Assembly: GCA_964448115.1 (NCBI GenBank) | Contig: CAYUVA010000043.1 | Span: 1 to 39,414 of the forward strand | DNA length: 39,414 bases | Source: an uncultured bacterium | GTDB taxonomy: Bacteria > CAYUVA01 | Reading direction: 5' to 3' | Shown: in pieces, positions 1 to 8,095 of the stretch | Position numbering within the stretch: position 1 is the stretch's first letter | Layout of the letters: each line of letters opens with the position of its first letter | Notes under the pieces: model-generated | Told to the model about the DNA's origin: nothing | Databases searched by the model: none | The model's input: the letters and a program-made list of their open reading frames with translations, nothing else | Translations under genes and position numbers: made by a program

Positions 1-1709
1 TCCTGCCTGCGCTTTTTCTCCTCGAGTTCCCTGCGCTTTTTCTCCTCGACAAGAGACTTTTGCTGCAAATTATTGAGTTTCATTAGCGCAATGTCGATGT
101 ATTTCTGTGTCTTGCAGCTATCGAGGAAACGATTCCACTCCTCGATGGTATCTATCTTCAGAGCCTCCTGGAATTGTGCGTAATCGCGCTCTTCCTGCTC
201 CTTTTGTCTTTTTCTTTGTTCCTCAAGCTCGCGCTCCTTGAGCATCCTTTCCTGTCGTTCGAGGATATCGATCTGCTTCTTAGCATAGTTTTTATTATCT
301 TCGCTGATACTTTTTGTGATGAAATCCTTCCAGTTCTCAATTGTGTTTATCTGCCTGGCAAGGGCAAAGAGCTTATCCTCCAGTTCTTGCTGCTCCTTTT
401 GGCGACGGATTCTTTCCGCCTCTTTTTGTTTAGCCTCCTCTTGTTTTCTCTTCTCAAGCTCCATCTTTTCGATGGTCTCCTGGAAGTCGATTCTTTTAAT
501 CTCCTCTTTAGCTTGTCTGCAATACTCGCTATCTGGGAATCGTAGGCAGAACTGCTCCAGAGCCTGCCTGGTACCGATATTCATTGCCTTATTGAATGCT
601 TGCTCATCGGGTGGTGGCTTCGGCTTTTCAACGAGTCCAGGTACAGCTTTCTCTGGTTGTTGTTCGGTTGGTTGTCTTTGTTTTTTGTTTCTTTGCAGCA
701 GAATGGTTGTGCCGATGAGGAGCAAAATAACTACAACTCCGGCTGGTATTGCCCAATCTGGCAGAGCATTCGGCAGTCTGAAATGTGTTGCAGATGGAGC
801 ATCGGTGGTCAGCATTCGCCTGATGCCTGCATCTGCGACTCCCTTTGCCAGGACATAGATGGAGGCGCCGGTGCCTTCTTCGAGGGTCCAGGGGTCTTGG
901 TTGTATTCGCTACCGATCTCCTTTTTAAGCGCAGCGGGGACATTTTCCTGCAAGTATGCCTTGAGGCTTCCGATGGTGATGTTCCCCTTGTTATCGACTG
1001 CCTCGCCGAGTAATCCCTTGATCAGGTAATACGAAAAAAGCCCCTGGTTCTTGCCTGGATACTCGAAGGCTCTTTGATTTGCGGCGCAAGAGAATAGTGT
1101 TACATGGAATGCAGGCACTCCGCCGGGGCTAGGTGGTATCTCGCGCTGGAATGCTTCGGCGAAACTGCGAGCCATGAGGTTCGGCTTGCCTCCACGCTGA
1201 GCATCCGGGTCATCTCGGCAGGCGTCTATTATCATCAGGCTCTTGGGCGCCTTGATGCGGTTAATGTAGTAGTGCAGTTCATCCACTGACAGTGATGTTC
1301 GCACCGTAGTCTCGTGGTCGGTGATGTCCGTCTCGTAGGTGAGAAGGTATTGCTTGCCCTCTTTTTCGATGCCGTGCCCGGCGAAGTAGAAAATGAAGAA
1401 GTCATCCTCGTCAGCAACATTCTCCAGCCATTTGAGGTACTTTATTATCCTTCCGCTGTATGGCTTGAAGTCATCGATCTGGTCGCTGGTAAGTATCTGC
1501 ATATTCTTAGGTTCAAAGTCAGCGTGTTTAGACAGAACTTCGCTGAACCTCCTAACATCGTTTACTGCACCCTCAAGCTCTTTGATGCGCGAGGAGCTAT
1601 ACTTGTCCATGCCGATGAGCAGGGCATAGCGGGTCTCCTCGGCGAATGATGGGCAGGCGAAGGCTGCCGAGAGAATGACTGCGGTTAATATGAGTGTGTA
1701 TTGTCTCAT
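1..1709 (-). CDS. Caspase-family (peptidase C14) protease with signal peptide, one TM helix and a coiled-coil/helical-repeat tail; 3' end lies outside the window
   Basis: Translated by hand, open from ATG 1709 to the edge (569 codons), AGGAG SD. N-terminus MRQYTLILTAVILSAAFACPSFA-EETRYALLIGMDKY...LEGAVNDV; catalytic FYFAGHG (about 1371-1391) and IIDACR (about 1215-1232); GLFSYYLIKGL; TM AIPAGVVVILLLIGTTILL (about 696-752). Confidence 0.9.
   Translation of the reverse strand, partial: MRQYTLILTAVILSAAFACPSFAEETRYALLIGMDKYSSSRIKELEGAVNDVRRFSEVLSKHADFEPKNMQILTSDQIDDFKPYSGRIIKYLKWLENVADEDDFFIFYFAGHGIEKEGKQYLLTYETDITDHETTVRTSLSVDELHYYINRIKAPKSLMIIDACRDDPDAQRGGKPNLMARSFAEAFQREIPPSPGGVPAFHVTLFSCAANQRAFEYPGKNQGLFSYYLIKGLLGEAVDNKGNITIGSLKAYLQENVPAALKKEIGSEYNQDPWTLEEGTGASIYVLAKGVADAGIRRMLTTDAPSATHFRLPNALPDWAIPAGVVVILLLIGTTILLQRNKKQRQPTEQQPEKAVPGLVEKPKPPPDEQAFNKAMNIGTRQALEQFCLRFPDSEYCRQAKEEIKRIDFQETIEKMELEKRKQEEAKQKEAERIRRQKEQQELEDKLFALARQINTIENWKDFITKSISEDNKNYAKKQIDILERQERMLKERELEEQRKRQKEQEERDYAQFQEALKIDTIEEWNRFLDSCKTQKYIDIALMKLNNLQQKSLVEEKKRRELEEKKRRQ
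6..49. repeat. Two exact 20-bp copies at 24-bp period (6-25, 30-49) encoding EEKKRR in the caspase tail
   Basis: cctgcgctttttctcctcga read twice directly. Confidence 0.85.
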
Positions 1710-1757
1710 GATCCGTGCTCCTGGTTGTTCCTCTTATTAAGATCGTATTGTATTATT

Positions 1758-1786
1758 ATTGTATAAATTTTTTGTGATTATTTCAA
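1758..1786 (-). promoter_or_regulatory. Sigma70-type promoter of the caspase gene
   Basis: TTGAAA-17-TACAAT on the minus strand, in AT-rich DNA about 50 bp above the ATG. Confidence 0.6.
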
Positions 1787-1863
1787 TTCCTTTTTTTATC
1801 CCAAAAGGAAGGTTATGATTGAGTAGGGGTGAGTCTTGAGATTTGAGGGAAGCAGGAAAAGAC

Positions 1864-1937
1864 CCTCTGGAGAGAGGTGTCTGCAAGTCCCGCTGTCCAG
1901 GACAGCCCATCGACCTCTGAGGAGGTCTTGAGGAGAC
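1864..1937. repeat. Cluster of short palindromes (REP-like)
   Basis: cctct-ggag-agagg (1864-1877), gctgtcc-a-ggacagc (1892-1906), gacctc-tgag-gaggtc (1912-1927). Confidence 0.5.
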
Positions 1938-2028
1938 TAGAGTTTAATATTCGCCCATTCAGGGTTGTTTCCTTTTAATCCTCCCGTGAAGTGTTAAAAA
2001 CAAAGGTGGGGGCTGCGATCGGTGAGGG

Positions 2029-3159
2029 TCAATCAGGTGCCTGTTTATACAGATTTATCGTCTCGGTCGCTACTTTTTCCCATGAGAACATAGCTGCGCG
2101 TTGCAATCCTTTGTGCGAGTAATCCTCATGTAGGCAATCATCCTTGGTAAGCGCAAGCATCGCCTGTGCGAAACCATTATAATCTGTCGCCTCGATCATC
2201 ATGCCCGCATCGCCGACCACTTCCGGCAAGGAGGCTGCATTTGATGCGATTACTGGCGTGCCACAAGCCATGGCTTCCAGTACCGGCAACCCGAAGCCCT
2301 CGTATAATGACGGAAAGATCAAGACCCGAGCTGCTGAATAGAGCATGGCGAGATCATTCTCATCTATAGGACCGATAAACAACACCCGCTCTGCTATGTT
2401 TAGCTTCTTCGCCAGTTCGATCAGTGAGCCAGCACTGACATTCTTCAAGCCAGCAATAACCAAGGGAAGCGGATCGCCAATCATAAGGGTGTATCTTTGA
2501 TAGGCTTGTAGCATCCCCTTTGGATTCTTGTAGCGCTTGGTGCTGCCCAGGTAAAGCATGTAGTTTTTCGGCAGCTTGTATCGGTTATAAAAATCGTTAG
2601 GTATGCTCTCTTTAGCGATTGGCTTGAAGTTATCCGCTGCTGCCTCGTGGATAACCGTGATTTTTTCAGCGCTAGCGGGAAATCTTCTAATGATATCATT
2701 GCGAGTATTATTGCTTACCGCAACTATCGCCCTGGATTTGGTTATACTGAGCGGCACAAGGTATCTGAAGTAGGTGCGCAGCTTAACTCGATTGAGAAAG
2801 TTATGGTGTGAGAAGGCATCGCTGTAGTCGAGATCCATCATATCATGCACGGTTACAACCAATGGAATGCGTTTAACTGGCGGTGCAGCCTGGAAGAGCG
2901 AATGGAAAAGCTGCGGTTTGATTGCCCTCACTATGCTAGGAATACGAGTGATTGTTCCAACAGATAGCAGCGGGTACTCGACAGGATAGGGCTGGGGGAT
3001 AATGCTGCGTGTTTGCCTGTCGAGACGCTGGTCAACAAGCGTTATAATATCCAACTGCTTTGCCAACCGCACCATTGCCTTGAGCAGATTGAGCCCATAC
3101 CGTCCCAGACCGGGATAGATCCCGATGGCTCTCGCATCAATGCAGATTCTGATAGTCAT
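2029..3159 (-). CDS. Glycosyltransferase family 4 (GT-B)
   Basis: [41 protein letters not shown]. Confidence 0.93.
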   Translation of the reverse strand: MTIRICIDARAIGIYPGLGRYGLNLLKAMVRLAKQLDIITLVDQRLDRQTRSIIPQPYPVEYPLLSVGTITRIPSIVRAIKPQLFHSLFQAAPPVKRIPLVVTVHDMMDLDYSDAFSHHNFLNRVKLRTYFRYLVPLSITKSRAIVAVSNNTRNDIIRRFPASAEKITVIHEAAADNFKPIAKESIPNDFYNRYKLPKNYMLYLGSTKRYKNPKGMLQAYQRYTLMIGDPLPLVIAGLKNVSAGSLIELAKKLNIAERVLFIGPIDENDLAMLYSAARVLIFPSLYEGFGLPVLEAMACGTPVIASNAASLPEVVGDAGMMIEATDYNGFAQAMLALTKDDCLHEDYSHKGLQRAAMFSWEKVATETINLYKQAPD

Positions 3160-3180
3160 AGAACAAATAGGTCTGAAGGT

Positions 3181-3410
3181 TATTTAACCACCGAGGCACA
3201 AAGACACGAGGGAAACACAAGGGATCTATCGTTTCTCGTTCCTTGTTTCTTGTTTCTCGTTTCAGATATGGCATGCCCAACCCCCAAATAAATTAAGGTG
3301 TTGAGGAGGTATGGCCGACCTCTGAAGTGGTTCAATACGCCATTATTACTCTATCACGGTAGCACGGTATCACTTCTTTCTTCGTGCCTTGGTGCCTTTG
3401 TGGTTCAATA
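3181..3410. repeat. 230-bp element bounded by 31-bp imperfect inverted repeats of the CACAAAG family
   Basis: 3181-3211 tatttaaccaccgaggcacaaagacacgagg vs reverse complement of 3380-3410 tattgaaccacaaaggcaccaaggcacgaag: 25/31 identical. Confidence 0.8.
3231..3265. repeat. Tandem heptamer repeat, 5 copies
   Basis: gtttctc gttcctt gtttctt gtttctc gtttcag. Confidence 0.8.
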
Positions 3411-3425
3411 GCTTCGCACCTCGCG

Positions 3426-4907
3426 CTATTTTTCCCTTGCCCTTTGGACTGCCCTTTTCCATCCTTGATAAAGCTCCTCGCGTTGATTATCCGAGATGCT
3501 TGGCTTAAAGATGCGCTCCATCTTGATTGTCGCCTTGATGTCATCGCCATCCTTGAAGATGCCTTCATGCAGCCCAGCGAGGAAGGCAGCGCCCTGTGCC
3601 GTCGTCTCGATATTTAGCGGGCGCTCGACTGGTACTCCGAGGATATCAGCCTGGAACTGCATCAGGAAATTGTTCACCGCAGCTCCACCATCGACCCGAA
3701 GTGAGCTTATCTGCTCGCCGGAGTCCTTAGCCATTGCCTCGACTATATCTCTGACCTGATATGCGATGCTCTCCAGTGTAGCGCGAACCATCTGTGCACG
3801 CCCACTCCCTCTGGTTAAGCCGACCAGGACTCCCCTTGCATTCATGTCCCAATATGGTGCTCCAAGCCCGACAAATGCAGGCACCAGGTAAACGCCATCG
3901 GTCGATTCGATGCTTTGGGCAATTGATTCGGTCTCTGCTGCGCTTTTTATAATCTTCAGCGAGTCCCTCAACCATTGAACAGCAGCGCCAGCGATAAAAA
4001 CAGAGCCTTCAAGCGCATAGACCGGCATCCCCTCGCCGTCGCTCGCAAGGGTGGTTACCAAGCCATGCGCGCTCTCAACCTGTTTATTACCCGTATTTAG
4101 AAGCAAGAAGCAGCCAGTGCCGAAGGTATTCTTGGCAGTGCCCGAAGTAAAACAGCCCTGCCCGAACAGGGCTGCTTGTTGATCCCCAGCCACTCCGCAG
4201 ACAGGGACTTCATTGCCCTGAAATAGCTTTGCATTTGTGGTGCCGAAAAGGCTCTTCGAGGGCTTTACTTCAGGCAAGAGGCTGACAGGAATGTCAAGAA
4301 TCTCAAGCAGTTCATCATCCCAGCGTTTCTCATAGATGTTGTACATCAGGGTTCTGCTGGCATTGCTGTAGTCGGTTACATGTTGCCCAGTAAGATTATA
4401 TATCAGCCAGCTATCGATGGTTCCAAAGGCGAGTTTGCCCTCAAGTGCCCCTTGGCGTGCACCGGGGACATTATCGAGCAGCCATTTGAGTTTAGTACCA
4501 CTGAAGTATGCATCGATCACCAGACCTGTCTTGTGCTTGAAAAGCTCCGCATAGCCCTCTTGTTTAAGCTTTTCACACAGCGGCGCGGTGCGCCGGCACT
4601 GCCAGACTATGGCATTGTAGATCGGCTTGCCGCTGATTCGATTCCACAGAACTGTTGTCTCACGCTGATTGGTGATGCCGATGCCGGCGATATTTGATGA
4701 TGAGATGCCCGCTTTTTTCAAAGCCTGTTCGATCATAGAAGCAGTGGCGACCCAGATCTCCATCGGATCATGTTCAACCCAGCCCGGTTTGGGATAAATC
4801 TGTTTGAACTCGGTGTATGCTTGGGCGATCGCTTCGCCGTTGGCAGCATAAACGATCGCCTTGGTTCCAGTGGTTCCCTCGTCTATTGCCATCAGGTATT
4901 TATCCAT
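3426..4907 (-). CDS. glpK: Glycerol kinase
   Basis: AIDEGTTG, GWVEHDP, GITNQRETT, IVWQCRRT, DAYFSGTK, GDQQAALFGQ, YALEGSVF, DGGAAVNNFLMQFQAD; start set to ATG 4907 behind GGAAGGGAG. Confidence 0.97.
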   Translation of the reverse strand: MDKYLMAIDEGTTGTKAIVYAANGEAIAQAYTEFKQIYPKPGWVEHDPMEIWVATASMIEQALKKAGISSSNIAGIGITNQRETTVLWNRISGKPIYNAIVWQCRRTAPLCEKLKQEGYAELFKHKTGLVIDAYFSGTKLKWLLDNVPGARQGALEGKLAFGTIDSWLIYNLTGQHVTDYSNASRTLMYNIYEKRWDDELLEILDIPVSLLPEVKPSKSLFGTTNAKLFQGNEVPVCGVAGDQQAALFGQGCFTSGTAKNTFGTGCFLLLNTGNKQVESAHGLVTTLASDGEGMPVYALEGSVFIAGAAVQWLRDSLKIIKSAAETESIAQSIESTDGVYLVPAFVGLGAPYWDMNARGVLVGLTRGSGRAQMVRATLESIAYQVRDIVEAMAKDSGEQISSLRVDGGAAVNNFLMQFQADILGVPVERPLNIETTAQGAAFLAGLHEGIFKDGDDIKATIKMERIFKPSISDNQREELYQGWKRAVQRAREK

Positions 4908-5129
4908 ATAATCTGCTCCCTTCCTGGTCTTCATCGATCCCAAGCCACAACTTTCAAAGAGCGCTCAACAATAAAGCGCTCCCTAACGATCACGGCTCAG
5001 ATTTCATGGGGACTCATACCTTTAATTTAAGTTAAAAGCCTTGAAGCCTGGGCTACACTCCTTCCCTTATCAATGGTAAAGCTAAAGTTGGAGCCATAAC
5101 TTCATAAACCCATTTAACCAAAGGACAAA

Positions 5130-5270
5130 ATGAAGATCTACATCAGCCTTGACATAAGTAAAGGCTATGCAGATGCTGTCGCTCTTGACAAAGATACCAA
5201 GCCTTGCGGCTTTATTAAGCATTCTACCCATAATCCTGACCGATATCAAGAGATGCCCCAATGGATGGCT
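5130..5270 (+). pseudogene. Decayed N-terminal fragment of an IS110-family transposase
   Basis: MKIYISLDISKGYADAVALD resembles the IS110 YxGxDxSK start; KHSTHNPDRYQEMPQWM resembles the FxNxxxGxxxLxxW motif; AAGGA SD; similarity ends after about 47 aa. Confidence 0.65.
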
Positions 5271-5303
5271 CTTATAGCAAATGGTGTTAAAAGCCATCAT
5301 AAT

Positions 5304-5329
5304 GTAGGGACAGGGCTTTCCCCCGCCCT
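5304..5329 (+). repeat. GTAG-type REP-like palindrome
   Basis: gtagggacagggctttcccccgccct: GTAG tetranucleotide followed by an imperfect GC-rich hairpin. Confidence 0.55.
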
Positions 5330-5480
5330 TTATTTAGGGAAACCACAATCCCAACCAACTCGGGACCACAGAAAAACATTGATAACATACATCGCTATAA
5401 TAGCCCTGCGGTTTCGCGTGAGATTCTTTCTTTGTATCTTGCACTATGGCTATGGATCATTTTCTATCATCCACAGGCTC

Positions 5481-5509
5481 TTGAAATTTCACACATTGTT
5501 TGGTAACTT
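5481..5509 (+). promoter_or_regulatory. Sigma70-type promoter for the thiolase/DUF35 genes
   Basis: TTGAAA-17-TAACTT with a TG extended -10. Confidence 0.5.
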
Positions 5510-5573
5510 CTGGTTGCTTTACTGATTGTAGCTCAAGCACCGATTCAAGTATTCACGGCAAAGGAAAGGCTCT

Positions 5574-6782
5574 ATGAGAAAAGTCGCTATCACATCAGTC
5601 GGGATCACAGAGTTCACCATGCGACACAACACCATGACCCACCAGGAGCTTGGCATCTGCGCTATTGCAGACGCTCTCCATTCATGCGAGCTGAAAGCCC
5701 AACAGATCGATGCGGTAATAATCTGTACGCCCCGGGAAATAACTGCCAGTCATTCTATCATTCCAGAGATGATCAAGGAGAACCTCGGAATAGAGAAAAC
5801 AAGGCTATTCAAGATGGGAGGAGATACAGCAGGGGGGCTGATCGCCGTCGTGCTTGCCTGGCAACTCATCGCTAATGGAGTCTTCCAAAATATCCTCGTT
5901 TGCGGACTGGAGAAGTTTTCGCCTCTGCTGGAGCAGGGAACCGATCCTAAATCGATCATCCCACGCGTCTTCGAGGGCTATACCAACAGCTTCTTCGAGA
6001 CCGATAGCCAAAGTGGGATTATTAAGTTCTACGGCGCTTTAGCCCAGAGATTCCTTGAGCGATTCGCAGATGAATTCAGCGAGCAGGATCTCCACCGGGT
6101 AGCAATTAAGAACCGGGATCATGCGCGGCGCAATCCCAAGGCTGCGCTTCCTATGGAGCTTTCCGTGGACGATTGGAGTCAGATGGAACCTATAGTCCCC
6201 CCACTCTATTCCCTCGATTGCCCTCCACTAGCTGATGCAGGGGCTGCGCTGCTTCTGAGTTCCGAAAAGCTCGCTTATGATGCGACTGACCACCCGGTAT
6301 GGATAATCGGCGCCGGCAGCGCTGATAACAAGATCGGATTGGGCGACAAGTTCGAGCAACAGGAATCTCTAATCTTCTTCCCGGCGACAAGAGAAGCCTT
6401 GCTCCAGGCTCTCGAAGGGTGCGATATGAAGATCGATGACCTGAGGGATGAATTACAGGTGATCGAGCTTGCCGATCAATATGGTATTGCTGAGATCGCT
6501 GCCTACTACGACCTTGGCTTGTGCAAACAGGGCGAACAGGGCAAGATGCTTGGCGAAGGTATCACAGCCCTCAGCGGGAAACTGCCGGTAAATACCAGCG
6601 GCGGATTAACCGGCATGGGCTATGCAGGAGCTGCCACCTCGCTTGCCCAAACCGCCGAGATATTCTGCCAGCTAAGGGAGGAGTGCGAAAAACGACAGGT
6701 CTATGGAGCTAAACGAGGGCTGGTGCACGCGCTCGATCTCAGCGGTTGCCTGGCTGCGGTTCTTATATTACAAAGAGGATAG
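5574..6782 (+). CDS. SCP-x-type thiolase-fold protein lacking the canonical catalytic residues
   Basis: VAITSVGITEF, CGLEK, KNRDHARRNPKA, DCPPLADAGAALLL, PVWIIG, LPVNTSGGL; followed by a DUF35 gene. Confidence 0.85.
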   Translation: MRKVAITSVGITEFTMRHNTMTHQELGICAIADALHSCELKAQQIDAVIICTPREITASHSIIPEMIKENLGIEKTRLFKMGGDTAGGLIAVVLAWQLIANGVFQNILVCGLEKFSPLLEQGTDPKSIIPRVFEGYTNSFFETDSQSGIIKFYGALAQRFLERFADEFSEQDLHRVAIKNRDHARRNPKAALPMELSVDDWSQMEPIVPPLYSLDCPPLADAGAALLLSSEKLAYDATDHPVWIIGAGSADNKIGLGDKFEQQESLIFFPATREALLQALEGCDMKIDDLRDELQVIELADQYGIAEIAAYYDLGLCKQGEQGKMLGEGITALSGKLPVNTSGGLTGMGYAGAATSLAQTAEIFCQLREECEKRQVYGAKRGLVHALDLSGCLAAVLILQRG

Positions 6783-6784
6783 AT

Positions 6785-8002
6785 ATGAAACGGTTAAGCT
6801 CTAAGAAACTTGATCCCCAGCAGATGCATCGCATCGATAGATCCTTTATGGTCAAGGGCATTTATAGCATGGGGAGCCAAAGCCCGTTTTTCCAGTATTT
6901 GGCAGAGAAACACCTGGCTGCCAGCCACTGTCCTGACTGCGACCAGGTCATCTTTCCGCCCAAGGCTTACTGCCCCAAGTGCTTAACCCTTACCGAGTGG
7001 GTTGAGATAGAAGGCAAAGGAGAACTATTTGCTGTAATCAGCCTGATAGATGCACATATTGAGCCTAACCATGATCAGCGCTTCGAGGTCTTCGTATCAC
7101 TGACCGAATGCCAGGCGATCATCAGGACTACCATAGCACAGGTGATGCCGGAGGACCTGGTCATCGGGTTGCCGGTGGTGGCGGTCTTTGCTGATCAGCC
7201 CCTAGGGGTATTCGATGACCTGTATTTCGTGCCCGCACAGCCTACTGCACAAAGAAGATACCGCGGTGAAAAGATAATAGAAGAGGTTGCTGCCACTATC
7301 CCCGAAGTTGGGGATGAATCCAAGCCTGGATCGGCAGACCAAGCTGAGGAGGAGGCATTCGAAACCGCCCCGGTTACAGGCGAAACCAGAGAACATGCCG
7401 AGGAGGCAGAAAAGGATATCCATCCACAGATCGCTGATGAGCAGATGGAAATGCAGGATACTATTGAAGAACAGCAGGATGAGAGCGAGCAATCCGAGGT
7501 AGTTGCCACCCCTGAACAGCCTGCTCAACAAGAAGATTTATACAAACCAGAAGAGGAATATACCGCCCAGGCTTATGAATACGAACCAGGTGAGCCAGTC
7601 GATGGTACCGAGTTGATTAAGGTAGAAAAGACCAGTTCCGAAGAACCTTTTTCCGAAGAGGAACAGCTCGAACCGGTTACCGACCAAGACCAGAAGGAAA
7701 GGGAGATTCCCGATAAAGATGCCGATAAAGATGATGATATTCTACTTGAGGAACTTGATGAGGGGATGGTCGCTGAGATCACTGATATCAAGTTCGACTT
7801 CGAGGAGGACGCCGAGGATTACGATGATTACGAGGAATCGCTGAGCGCCGGTGAGCTGCAGCTCGATGAGGTAGAGATACTCTTCGAGGATGATTCCTCG
7901 GATGAAGAATTCGACCTCGATGATGAACCGGAGAGCAAAAAGGCTAAAGAACCAAAGAAGAACAAGAAAAATAAGCATAGGCAAGATAAAGAAGAGGACT
8001 GA
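6785..8002 (+). CDS. DUF35 Zn-ribbon/OB-fold protein with a very long acidic C-terminal extension
   Basis: CPDC..FPPKAYCPKC..EWVEIEGKG..IGLPVVAVF, then about 240 low-complexity D/E-rich residues; ATG 6785 after GAGG, 2 bp after the thiolase stop. Confidence 0.85.
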   Translation: MKRLSSKKLDPQQMHRIDRSFMVKGIYSMGSQSPFFQYLAEKHLAASHCPDCDQVIFPPKAYCPKCLTLTEWVEIEGKGELFAVISLIDAHIEPNHDQRFEVFVSLTECQAIIRTTIAQVMPEDLVIGLPVVAVFADQPLGVFDDLYFVPAQPTAQRRYRGEKIIEEVAATIPEVGDESKPGSADQAEEEAFETAPVTGETREHAEEAEKDIHPQIADEQMEMQDTIEEQQDESEQSEVVATPEQPAQQEDLYKPEEEYTAQAYEYEPGEPVDGTELIKVEKTSSEEPFSEEEQLEPVTDQDQKEREIPDKDADKDDDILLEELDEGMVAEITDIKFDFEEDAEDYDDYEESLSAGELQLDEVEILFEDDSSDEEFDLDDEPESKKAKEPKKNKKNKHRQDKEED

Positions 8003-8095
8003 TACCCTACACTTGCAGGCTGGCAGCTTACCATCGGCACCGGTCATTATTTCATGAAACTTAAAAAAGCTAAGGGAGGAACCTTCGACTGAACA

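Noticed and set aside
158-1649. Eight short track ORFs in the first 1.7 kb
   Set aside because: They are antisense or off-frame shadows of the caspase gene
3013-3291. 92-aa ORF containing TTEAQRHEG and FLVPCFLFLV
   Set aside because: These are translations of the CACAAAG and heptamer repeats; the first half is antisense to GT4
5130-5525. 131-aa ORF as an intact gene or active transposase
   Set aside because: Only about 47 aa are IS110-like; the rest reads through a REP and the thiolase promoter
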